From positions 155,464 through 219,463 of the forward strand of contig JAKPXB010000040.1 of assembly GCA_029570375.1 (NCBI GenBank): 64,000 nucleotides of DNA, written 5' to 3'. The translations under genes and the position numbers were made by a program. Origin of the DNA: Bacillota bacterium. Its GTDB lineage: Bacteria > Bacillota > Clostridia > Saccharofermentanales > DTU023. Under the pieces are notes generated by a model. The model was not told where the DNA came from and made no database searches. It saw nothing but the letters and a program-made list of their open reading frames with translations. Shown piece by piece: positions 56,306 through 64,000 of the stretch (the stretch's first letter is position 1; the number at the start of each line of letters is the position of its first letter).

Positions 56306-56578
56306 ATGTTCCACACAGGCTTTTTATATATCATGTCACATACGCTCACACATACCCTGTCTCTTTCTTGCGCCGCCGCAAAACTGCACGGCATTGACTA
56401 CGCGGTTATCGGTGTCATCCTCCTCATCGCCGGTGCGATTCTCTTCTCCATGATCCGCCATAAAAAAAGAGGCGGCGGCTGCTACGGCTGCCCCTACGGC
56501 AAAACATGCGGCATGGCGCGCCGGGGCGGGTGTCCGTCCGCCGGCCAAAACCACAATCCCCCGAACAGCGCTGCGTAG
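56306..56578 (+). CDS. FeoB-associated Cys-rich small membrane protein (start uncertain)
   Basis: One TM helix (YAVIGVILLIAGAILFSMI) followed by RHKKRGGGCYGCPYGKTCGMARRGGC. I chose ATG 56306 because it lies 7 nt after AGGAG. Confidence 0.5.
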   Translation: MFHTGFLYIMSHTLTHTLSLSCAAAKLHGIDYAVIGVILLIAGAILFSMIRHKKRGGGCYGCPYGKTCGMARRGGCPSAGQNHNPPNSAA

Positions 56579-56705
56579 AGGATCTGCTCTGGCAATTCCC
56601 CGGAATGGCTGCATAACCACCTTCGCATACCGGTTCATAGACGGTACTGCCCTTTGCTGATAGAATATGGCTAATGAGTACCAGCGGCGGGAAGGTGTTG
56701 ATGCC

Positions 56706-57116
56706 ATGAGTCAAGTGACAGATTCAGCGGAAAATTATCTCGAAAGCATTTTCGTTCTGAAAAAGAGAAAGGACTGCGTTCGTTCGATCGACATTGTCAG
56801 GTTTCTCGATTTCAGCAAACCCTCCGTCAGCATCGCGATGCGCAAACTGCGCGAATCCGGTCACATTGAAATGGCAGGTGACGGATGTATCACGCTGCTC
56901 CCCAAAGGAGAAAAGGTCGCACGGGAGACATATGAACGCCATGTTCTGATGCGGGCTTTTCTGCAGCATATCGGCGTCAGCCCCGACACCGCCGATCAGG
57001 ACGCCTGCAAAATCGAACATGTGATTTCCAAAGAGACTTTCGAGGCTATGCAGGCGTACGCGGCGAAGATCCGCCTCCTTCCCTGCGGGAGAATCGGCCG
57101 CGAGGGCGACTGCTGA
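56706..57116 (+). CDS. DtxR/MntR-family metal-dependent transcriptional regulator
   Basis: MSQVTDSAENYLESIFVLKK....SIDIVRFLDFSKPSVSIAMRKLRESGHI... has the typical N-terminal wHTH. Confidence 0.8.
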   Translation: MSQVTDSAENYLESIFVLKKRKDCVRSIDIVRFLDFSKPSVSIAMRKLRESGHIEMAGDGCITLLPKGEKVARETYERHVLMRAFLQHIGVSPDTADQDACKIEHVISKETFEAMQAYAAKIRLLPCGRIGREGDC

Positions 57117-57295
57117 GAACGCCGTTTTCCCCTCTCCATCTGCTTCAGGAATTCCACAGTCCGCTATGATCCTGAACGGCGACCGGAATTTCCGCTTCCA
57201 TATGCATCAGCGGCGTCCGGATTCTTCAATTCCGTGAGCGTCAGCAGAGGCCGGAATCTCCGCTTCCATTCCTTTCGACAACAAAAAAACGGCTG

Positions 57296-57350
57296 TTGAC
57301 AAAATAGAGTGCGCTGTTCTATACTCCAAGTGTACTAGTTATGATAGTAC
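57296..57350 (+). promoter_or_regulatory. Promoter plus inverted-repeat operator candidate for the GntR/YtrA operon
   Basis: TTGACA (57296-301), 18 nt, TATACT (57320-25), then GTACTA-gttatga-TAGTAC (57332-57350). Confidence 0.5.
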
Positions 57351-57382
57351 GGTATTAACACTCAAAAGACGAGGAGCGAGCG

Positions 57383-57763
57383 ATGGTCTACCCCGAAGTG
57401 AATCTCCAGAGCGGCGTGCCGATCTACCGGCAGTTGAAGAACGCTTATCACCGCATGGCCGCTCTCGGAATTATTCAACCGCACGAACAGCTTCCTTCTG
57501 TCCGCCAGCTGGCCACAGAACTCGGCATCAACCCCAACACGGTCCAGAAGGCTTACCGGGAGCTTGAGCAGGAAGGGCTCATCTACGCCGTTCCCGGCAG
57601 AGGCAACTTCCTTGGAAGCGTCAGGGAAGACCTCGCCGTTGAACGCGAGGAGATCCTCCGGAATTTCCGGCCGGCCGTCCATGTCGCATGGACAGCCGGT
57701 ATCACGCGCGAAGCCCTGCACAACCTTCTCGACGAATGCATCAGCGATCAGCTGACGGATTAG
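57383..57763 (+). CDS. GntR-family (YtrA-subfamily-like) transcriptional regulator
   Basis: 126 aa, PIYRQLKN...LPSVRQLATELGINPNTVQKAYRELEQEGLIYAVPGRGNF. Confidence 0.85.
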   Translation: MVYPEVNLQSGVPIYRQLKNAYHRMAALGIIQPHEQLPSVRQLATELGINPNTVQKAYRELEQEGLIYAVPGRGNFLGSVREDLAVEREEILRNFRPAVHVAWTAGITREALHNLLDECISDQLTD

Positions 57764-57806
57764 GAAGCGATCGCGCCGACACTGACAGGAAAGGTTAAGA
57801 ATCAAG

Positions 57807-58829
57807 ATGAGCGAGCAAGAACGTACCAGACAGGAAGGCTTATTACAGGATTCCCCGGCGGCTTTCCCCGGCGGGGGAACGACGGCGTCGGATCAGCCGC
57901 AATGGCCTGCCCCCGCAGAGGAAGCGGTCATCGACGCCGAAGACCTGAAAAAACACTTCGGCGCGGTGAAAGCGCTCGATGGCGTCAGCTGCCGGATCAT
58001 AGGCGCTTCCATTTTCGGGCTGATCGGCTCAAACGGCGCCGGGAAATCGACCTTTCTGCGGCTCGCTGCCGGCGTGTACAAGCCGACAGCAGGCCACATG
58101 CTCTACCGCGGACAGCCTGTCTTCGAGAACACGGCCGCGAAGAGTGAGATCCAGTTCGTGGCGGATCAGCCGTATTTTCATTTCGACAATCTGAAAAAAA
58201 TGGCGTCTTTCTTCCGGTCGCTGTATCGGTCGTGGGATCAGCCGCTCTACGAAGAACTGCGGCGCATCTTCCCGCTCAGGGAGGAACAGCGCCTCGACCA
58301 TATGTCAAAAGGCATGCAGCGGCAGGCGGCGCTGATCCTCGCAATCGCCGCGAAACCGCGTCTTCTCCTGATGGACGAGGCGTTCGACGGCCTCGACCCG
58401 GTCATGCGGCAGAATCTGAAACGTGTGCTGGCGCGACAGGTCAGCGACAGCGGGATGACAGTTCTCATCGCGTCCCAAAACCTGCGCGAACTCGAGGATT
58501 TCTGCGACCACGTCGGGCTGCTGCACGAGGGCGGGCTGCTCTTCGTCGAAGAACTCGACAAACTCCGCCTCAGCCTCGTTAAAGCGCAGATCGCCTTCCG
58601 CGAACCCGTCTCGGAAAACGCGCTGAAAGACCTCGGGCTCGATATTCTGCGCTTCAGCGCCCGCGGCTCGCTGATCGAGATTCTGTCGCGGAACACGGAA
58701 CAGGAGCTCCGGTCCGTGGTCATCCAGCAAAACCCGCTCCTGCTCGACGTCCTTCCGCTGACGCTTGAGGAAGTCTTTATTTACGAGCTAAGCCGAAAGT
58801 CGTATGTCGTCAGCGAATTGCTGGCGTAA
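57807..58829 (+). CDS. ABC transporter ATP-binding protein with ~45-aa low-complexity N-terminal extension
   Basis: GSNGAGKSTFLRL, MSKGMQRQ, LLLMDEAFDGLD. Confidence 0.85.
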   Translation: MSEQERTRQEGLLQDSPAAFPGGGTTASDQPQWPAPAEEAVIDAEDLKKHFGAVKALDGVSCRIIGASIFGLIGSNGAGKSTFLRLAAGVYKPTAGHMLYRGQPVFENTAAKSEIQFVADQPYFHFDNLKKMASFFRSLYRSWDQPLYEELRRIFPLREEQRLDHMSKGMQRQAALILAIAAKPRLLLMDEAFDGLDPVMRQNLKRVLARQVSDSGMTVLIASQNLRELEDFCDHVGLLHEGGLLFVEELDKLRLSLVKAQIAFREPVSENALKDLGLDILRFSARGSLIEILSRNTEQELRSVVIQQNPLLLDVLPLTLEEVFIYELSRKSYVVSELLA

Positions 58830-58857
58830 ACGCCGGGAACTCCGAAAGGATCACACG

Positions 58858-60084
58858 ATGACAGCCGAACAACACAGCGATAAACCGAAAATAGCCGACC
58901 GCCGGCGCGTGCCGGGAACGGGCTGGGCTTTTTGCAAGTCCTTGTCCGACATCCGGTCGCTCGTCGCTATTTTTACCTTTCTTTTTCTCCTGGCGATGCC
59001 GATCGCGCTCCTGCTCATCGGCCGGGAGAATTTCGCGGCCATGGCAGACGCATTCGCGCCACAATCGTCAAGTTCCGGCATGACGGCAACGCCGTGGATC
59101 GGCAACACCATTTTCGGGAAACCGCTGCCGTTCAACGCCGCGCTCCTTCCGTTCCATCTCGCCGTGACGTCGCTCGCGGCCGTCGGCGTTCTCATTATGG
59201 GAAGCGCTCTCTTCCGCCGTATGTACCGCCGGGACGCGGTCGACGCCGAATGGAGCATGCCGCTGACGAAAAACAGCTGGTCCCTCGGCCGCGCGCTCGC
59301 TCTTGCCGCCGGAATCGCGATCCCGTTCGCCTCCAACGCCGGAGCGGCGGCTGGCATTTTGGCGGCATGGGGACGGAATTTCACAGATCTGCTCCTCGCT
59401 TACAGTCAGGCCTATCTGCTGTTATTCCTCGCGTCGTTAAATTTTGCCGGATTTACCGTACTCCTTTTATCGCTTTCAGGACGGCTGTTTGACGCGCTGG
59501 TCATCCTGTTTACGCTGCATTTCGCGTGGCCTGTTCCCATCTACGGCATCTCGCTCCTGGCAACGGAAAACGCTCACCACGAACCTATCTATACGTGGCT
59601 TCTCGCTCCGGCCGCCGATATGTTCAGGCTTCCATTCATCCGGCAGAATCTTCCGCACATGATAATCCTCCCTGTTTTCTGGTTCGTTCTCGCCTGGTTT
59701 TCCGCAGTGAGGCGGCCGGCCGAACGGGCAGGAATAAAAACAGGGAACCTCCGGTGGTTCCGATGGATTCAGCCTGTCTACTCCATGGCGGGCGGATGGA
59801 TGCTGGGCGCTTTTTTCAGCACAATCTTCCGCTTTGGCGTCACCCAGCCGGGATGGGCATTCTTCCTGTCGCCGTCGTTCGTCCTGGGGATGCTGCCGGG
59901 CGCGTTCCTCGGCCAGATTCTCTCCTCCGTCATCACGGGGAAACGCCTCCGCCGCGATCCTCACGGAGAGACGGGAAGCAGGACGCTCCATCCGCTTTTG
60001 GCCGAGTGGCTGTGGAGCCTCCTCGGCATGGCTCTCCTGTACGCGCTTGTACTGCTGAACAACGCCCCTCCGCTCCGGCGCTGA
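58858..60084 (+). CDS. Polytopic membrane protein (putative ABC-2-like permease component), unknown family
   Basis: I chose the start MTAEQH after AAAGGA. At least 8 hydrophobic segments. It lies directly downstream of the ATPase. Confidence 0.5.
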   Translation: MTAEQHSDKPKIADRRRVPGTGWAFCKSLSDIRSLVAIFTFLFLLAMPIALLLIGRENFAAMADAFAPQSSSSGMTATPWIGNTIFGKPLPFNAALLPFHLAVTSLAAVGVLIMGSALFRRMYRRDAVDAEWSMPLTKNSWSLGRALALAAGIAIPFASNAGAAAGILAAWGRNFTDLLLAYSQAYLLLFLASLNFAGFTVLLLSLSGRLFDALVILFTLHFAWPVPIYGISLLATENAHHEPIYTWLLAPAADMFRLPFIRQNLPHMIILPVFWFVLAWFSAVRRPAERAGIKTGNLRWFRWIQPVYSMAGGWMLGAFFSTIFRFGVTQPGWAFFLSPSFVLGMLPGAFLGQILSSVITGKRLRRDPHGETGSRTLHPLLAEWLWSLLGMALLYALVLLNNAPPLRR

Positions 60085-60223
60085 CGGCGACGCAAAGCGA
60101 AGCGGCAGATATTTCCGGCAAGAACGGCGGCGCAAAGCGAGGCGGCAGATAACCGGTACGGAACGACCGTAAAGGAAGACAGAAAAGAACAACAACGCGC
60201 TTAACAGGCGCACACGGAAGAAC

Positions 60224-62191
60224 ATGATCAGAAAAGGGAGAGAAACAGTGAAACGCGCATTGAATACAGAGTCTGACTATCGGGGAGGCACCTTGCGGAC
60301 GCTCATCTGGAAGCGCCCCGTCACGCTGTGGCTTCTGCCCGCCGTCTTCCTCTTCCTCACCACAATCGTTCCGCTCGCAGGAAACCATTACTGGTTCATC
60401 GATCCCATGCCGCGGGTTCACGGATTGGTTCTTCTGCTCATGAGCTTCATTGTGGCGCACCAGTATTTCAGCTTCATGCACCGGGTGCCGGCGTCCGACT
60501 TTTATTTCTCGCTTCCGGCAGGCCGGACCCGGCTGTTTTTCGGCCTCAATCTCGGCGCTCTCGCCTGCCTGCTCGGCCCCTCGTTTGTTACGGCGGCTCT
60601 TCACTTCGCTCTGCGGCTCCTTCGGGACGAGAACATGCCTTCGCTCCCCTTCGCGGTTTCACACGGATACGCCGCGTACTGGACGCCCATCCTCTCGCTG
60701 TGGATCAGGATGCTGATTTTCTTCTTCATGATGCTGATCTTCTACCTTATCACCGAGAAGACAACGACGGCCGTCACGCTGTTTCTTCTCGTCAACGCCT
60801 TCTGGCCGGCGGTCATCCTGCTCTTCACCGACGCGACCGCGAGCTTCCTGCCCGGCTTCATCGCGCCGTCGCTGACATCTGAGGCTGTGATCTCCCCCTG
60901 GATCGCCCGCGTTATTCAGATCTTTTCGCCGGTTTCGGCTTTCTTTCAGGAATCCGACACGGCCTTCAGCTGGTTCACGCTTCTGCTGCTCGCCCTGACA
61001 TTCCTGACCGCCTGGGCGCTGTTCAGAATAAGACCGGCGGAGAATTCAAGGCAGTCCGGCCGGTTCAACTGGCCGCAGACCATCACGCAATGGATGGTTG
61101 TTCTCGCCGTCTCCCTGCTCGGCGGCTACGCCGGTCACTACCTGCGGGTGATCACCACGCTGTCGGCCGCCGGACAGACGGCTGTTTCCTCGCCTCTTCC
61201 CTTCCTGATCGGCGTGTTTCTCGGACTGATCCTCTCTCTCTGGGCGTTCAACCTCTTCCAAGGAAAAGGACGCATCCGGTGGAAAGCGCTGATCCTGCCC
61301 GCGGCGGCGACCGCCATCCCCCTCGCCGTCTGGCTTGCCGTGGTCATCACGGGTGCTTCCGGCTTCTCGACAGAACTCCCGCTTGCCTCCGATGTGGCGC
61401 GCGTAACAATCACATACAGCAACATGGACGTATGGCCTCTTCGGGAACACGGCTATTCTTCCGTGAAAGTGACGCTGACAGACGAGAAAGAGATCGAGCT
61501 TTTCACCGCCCTGTACAGACAGATCCTCACGCCGGAAAACCCCGGCCTCTCCCTGCCGAGAACGCTGTCAAGCAATCAGCAGGTTCGCCAATTCGCGGAG
61601 AACCAACGGCAAACGCTCTGGCCAGAGAAGGCGAAAACCGGAGAAGGCTTAACCTCGAACTATCCCGATACCGTCTTCACGTTAGAGACGAAAGACGGGA
61701 GAAAGATCAGCCGCCGCCTTCCTTTGAATGAAAACATTCGGAATGACTGTTTCCGCGCTCTGATCGCGCGGAACCGCGACTACTTCCTTGCGGAATACAG
61801 CTTTAAAACGCTCGTGGACCCCTATGCGGTTACCGGTTATGCGACCCCAGCCCAATACAAACTCGAGATACGGCCAGCACAGAATATCCCGCCCTCCGAA
61901 TGGCCGCGCTGGGTTTTTGACCTCCAGAAAGATATGGGAAAAGGGGAATACATCTCTCCCCATGATTTTTTCCAGATGAGGGGTCTGATCGCGGGCTATC
62001 TCCTCTCCTCGTCAGAGGCTGAACGCGGGCTATACACGGAGACAGCGCCGTGCGTCCTCCGCGTAACGCTGTTCAGCGGCGGCGAATCTGAGAGCCCGGA
62101 CGCGTCTCTCATCCTGGATTACCCCGTCAATCCCGACCGTTTGAAGCCGCTCGCCGATTTTCTTAGGCAAATGAATCAAAGGATGCGTTAG
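60224..62191 (+). CDS. Large membrane protein: ~9-10 TM N-terminal half + ~270-aa soluble C-terminal domain, unknown function
   Basis: Hydrophobic segments run through ~aa 380, followed by a polar domain (VTITYSNMDVWPLREHGYSSVKVTL...). An alternative GTG start at 60248 follows AAGGGAGAG. Confidence 0.5.
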   Translation: MIRKGRETVKRALNTESDYRGGTLRTLIWKRPVTLWLLPAVFLFLTTIVPLAGNHYWFIDPMPRVHGLVLLLMSFIVAHQYFSFMHRVPASDFYFSLPAGRTRLFFGLNLGALACLLGPSFVTAALHFALRLLRDENMPSLPFAVSHGYAAYWTPILSLWIRMLIFFFMMLIFYLITEKTTTAVTLFLLVNAFWPAVILLFTDATASFLPGFIAPSLTSEAVISPWIARVIQIFSPVSAFFQESDTAFSWFTLLLLALTFLTAWALFRIRPAENSRQSGRFNWPQTITQWMVVLAVSLLGGYAGHYLRVITTLSAAGQTAVSSPLPFLIGVFLGLILSLWAFNLFQGKGRIRWKALILPAAATAIPLAVWLAVVITGASGFSTELPLASDVARVTITYSNMDVWPLREHGYSSVKVTLTDEKEIELFTALYRQILTPENPGLSLPRTLSSNQQVRQFAENQRQTLWPEKAKTGEGLTSNYPDTVFTLETKDGRKISRRLPLNENIRNDCFRALIARNRDYFLAEYSFKTLVDPYAVTGYATPAQYKLEIRPAQNIPPSEWPRWVFDLQKDMGKGEYISPHDFFQMRGLIAGYLLSSSEAERGLYTETAPCVLRVTLFSGGESESPDASLILDYPVNPDRLKPLADFLRQMNQRMR

Positions 62192-62287
62192 GGACGGAGC
62201 CGCGATGCACGCATAAGGGAAAGCCCGGATCATTTTCTCACCACGCCAGACTTCCGGTCCCTGTCTTGATCTGTCGGCAGCGGCGGG

Positions 62288-63175
62288 TCAGATATTACCC
62301 AGAAGCACCGTTTGGAGATACTCCCTCGCGATGTCGCGCAGCCGGCACAACGTCTGCCGTGGCGTCGCCGGCTCCTTGCAGCGCCAGCGTGGAAAATAGC
62401 GCGAGAGATGCAGGACGATCTCCCGATCGACGGACGCGAGGAACGCCGCTTCCCGCCTCATCTCTTCCTCGCCGTCCGACAGCCCGGGAACGACGAGTGT
62501 CGTCACTTCGACGTGCGAGACCGCGGCCGCGCGCTGAATCGTCCGCCGCGCCACATCGAGCCGTCCTCCTAGCTTTTTGTATGTGTCCTCATGAAAGGAT
62601 TTGAGATCGATATTCCAGGCTGTGATGAGCGGAAGCAGCTCCTCCAGCGGCTCTTCCTCAATCTGCCCGTTCGTGACAGCGACCGTCTCAAGCCCTTCCA
62701 GGCGGGCGAGCGCGGCTGTATCTCGCACATACTCGTATCCGACGAGCGGTTCATTGTACGTGAAAGCGATCCCGATATTGCCGCGGCGGCGAAGGCTGTG
62801 CGCTTTCTCCACGAGTTCCACGGGGGAGACGAAGACCGTATGCCGCCCCGCGTCGGCGTCCTGCGCGATCTCATGGTTCTGGCAGAACGGACAGGCCATG
62901 TTGCACCCGTAGCTGCCCGCGGAGAGAATCATGCTCCCCGGATGAAAATGCGACAGCGGTTTCTTCTCAATCGGGTCGAGCGCGAGACTCGTCAGCTTCC
63001 CGTAATTCTCCGCTGTCACAACGCCGCCCCGCGCCGTACGCGCGCGGCAGAAGCCGAGCCCGCCCTCCGGAATACGGCAGCGCCTCCAGCAGACCCCGCA
63101 TTCCGTCCGCTGGCGCTCGGTTGTCGAAGGAACTGTCATCTCAGCCTGCTTTCCTTTCCCCGTCACCGAAAACAT
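62288..63175 (-). CDS. amrS: AmmeMemoRadiSam system radical SAM enzyme (PflA-like activase family)
   Basis: N-terminal CGVCWRRCRIPEGGLGFCRAR and the radical-SAM cluster GCNMACPFCQNHEI. The true start may be the internal Met (63139), which has an AAAGGAAAG RBS. Confidence 0.8.
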   Translation of the reverse strand: MFSVTGKGKQAEMTVPSTTERQRTECGVCWRRCRIPEGGLGFCRARTARGGVVTAENYGKLTSLALDPIEKKPLSHFHPGSMILSAGSYGCNMACPFCQNHEIAQDADAGRHTVFVSPVELVEKAHSLRRRGNIGIAFTYNEPLVGYEYVRDTAALARLEGLETVAVTNGQIEEEPLEELLPLITAWNIDLKSFHEDTYKKLGGRLDVARRTIQRAAAVSHVEVTTLVVPGLSDGEEEMRREAAFLASVDREIVLHLSRYFPRWRCKEPATPRQTLCRLRDIAREYLQTVLLGNI

Positions 63176-63181
63176 GAGGTA

Positions 63182-63721
63182 TCAGTCCTTGTGCCGGACA
63201 ACTTCAAAGCGCTCGAGCTTGTACTCTCCGCCGTAGATCCCGGCTTTGCGGAGCGCGATGGCGACCTGCTCTTCCGGCGTGTCGATCCCTTCCAGATTCG
63301 GAAGCAGAAGTCCGCGCCTGAACCGCTGTGTTACGATCACCCCGTACCGCAAAGGGTCGAGTTCTTCGATCGATTCAATCGGTTCCGCGTCCCCCAGCAC
63401 ATCGACACTGATAACGAGGTCCGACAGCTCATCCGCCGTGACGGGAGAAAACCTCGGATCCTCGGTGGACGACGAAATCGCGTTGTGGATAATCTCATCG
63501 GCGAGCGTCTTGCGGACAGGGCTGATTGTCCCGATGCAGCCGCGAAGCTGCCCGTTCTTGTAAAGTGTGACGAAAGCGCCCGCCCGCGCGGAGAGAAGTT
63601 CCTCCGGTGTATCCTCAGGGATTCGAAGTACTCTCCCTTCGCGCACATACAGATCAATCGTCTGCCGCGCAAGCGCGACACAGGGGTCCTTCTTCGGAGT
63701 CATGTGTTGATATTCTGTCAT
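63182..63721 (-). CDS. amrA: AMMECR1-domain protein (AmmeMemoRadiSam system protein A)
   Basis: I chose the start MTEYQHM after GGAAAGGAG. GAFVTLYKNGQLRGCIGT...ISSSTEDPRFSPV...RRGLLLPN is the AMMECR1 signature. Confidence 0.85.
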   Translation of the reverse strand: MTEYQHMTPKKDPCVALARQTIDLYVREGRVLRIPEDTPEELLSARAGAFVTLYKNGQLRGCIGTISPVRKTLADEIIHNAISSSTEDPRFSPVTADELSDLVISVDVLGDAEPIESIEELDPLRYGVIVTQRFRRGLLLPNLEGIDTPEEQVAIALRKAGIYGGEYKLERFEVVRHKD

Positions 63722-63878
63722 CGTTCGCTCCTTTCCGTACAGGTCAAAAGACAGACAAGGCCGCCCCGCCGCCGAAACATCCTGGCAGCCGCACGTTCCC
63801 TCCGACGCAAAACAGCCTCGAAAACCGCGGCGGCCCATCCGCTCCCGTGTCTTCGAAAACCGCGGCGGCCTCCCCTGC

Positions 63879-64000
63879 TCAGAGCGGTGTAAAAGCGGCC
63901 ACGGCGTATCCGACGCCGAAAGGACCTTCGTATGAATAGAGTTCCGACTCAAAAGCGGTTCCGTCGAGCGCGCCTGTCATGATCTGGAAAGAACGGTGGC
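63879..64000 (-). CDS. 3' end of a gene running off the window; possibly Memo-like AmmeMemoRadiSam protein B
   Basis: The open frame ends ...SYEGPFGVGYAVAAFTPL* (stop 63879-81). The GYA..A C-terminus is reminiscent of the Memo family, and the gene context fits. Only 40 codons are visible. Confidence 0.35.
   Translation of the reverse strand, partial: HRSFQIMTGALDGTAFESELYSYEGPFGVGYAVAAFTPL

Noticed and set aside
55752-56453. A 233-aa plus-strand ORF spans the feoB 3' end and the downstream gap.
   Set aside because: It starts inside feoB in another frame. It is Arg/Pro/Ser-rich and low-complexity, with no RBS, so it is considered spurious.
57183-57269. Possibility that the 19-bp repeats represent a mini CRISPR array.
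   Set aside because: The repeats are too short and there are only two good copies, with a degenerate copy in the 'spacer'. No cas genes are in the window. The 34-bp tandem periodicity fits a degenerate tandem repeat or binding-site array instead.
1-64000. Search for UGA-recoded selenoprotein genes (adjacent same-frame ORF pairs split by a single TGA), prompted by the presence of selC.
   Set aside because: I saw no pair of adjacent co-linear ORF fragments of one family interrupted by an in-frame TGA. All family-recognisable genes appear full length. A SECIS-aware scan would be needed to be sure.

Overview
This is a densely coded, high-GC window of a bacterial chromosome. The gene content looks Firmicutes/Clostridia-like, but that is inference only. 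I saw no transposase, integrase, prophage or CRISPR array.

Gene content from left to right:
- The 3' part of addB, then two opposite-strand genes (an LtaS-family sulfatase and a lipoprotein), then a long addA.
- A well-folding tRNA-Sec (selC).
- An operon of a CofE-like ligase, yqeB and a yqeC-mocA fusion. yqeB and yqeC are markers of selenium-dependent molybdenum hydroxylase maturation.
- A second LtaS-family gene.
- A minus-strand run of mog/moaB-(MoaE-like), moaC, moaA, pncA, tuf, fusA, rpsG, rpsL and moeA. The str operon therefore sits inside a Moco-biosynthesis neighbourhood.
- A FecCD/BtuC-type ABC importer preceded by a SAM methyltransferase.
- An MsbA-like exporter, a DUF296 protein, deoC and a Gfo/Idh/MocA oxidoreductase.
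- A TetR-linked leftward operon: an OYE-like flavoenzyme, two paralogous SCP2-like unknowns, a split transketolase and a class-III aminotransferase.
- A divergent rightward set: pntAA, pntAB, pntB, a second OYE-like flavoenzyme and a two-subunit aconitase-X.
- Prolyl oligopeptidase.
- feoA-feoA-feoB, a Cys-rich small protein and a DtxR-like regulator.
- A YtrA/GntR-led ABC module with two large membrane proteins.
- An AmmeMemoRadiSam (AMMECR1 / radical SAM / Memo) cluster that runs off the right edge.

Most unusual observations:
1. pntB encodes three tandem, intact NADP(H)-binding dIII domains that have diverged at synonymous sites, giving 874 aa.
2. A perfect 22-bp palindrome lies over the predicted transcription start of the leftward metabolic operon, in an AT-rich divergent control region.
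3. selC sits directly beside the yqeB/yqeC selenium-Moco genes, with a CofE-like ligase as first gene of that operon.

All functional calls come from motif and family recognition by eye. No database search was run.
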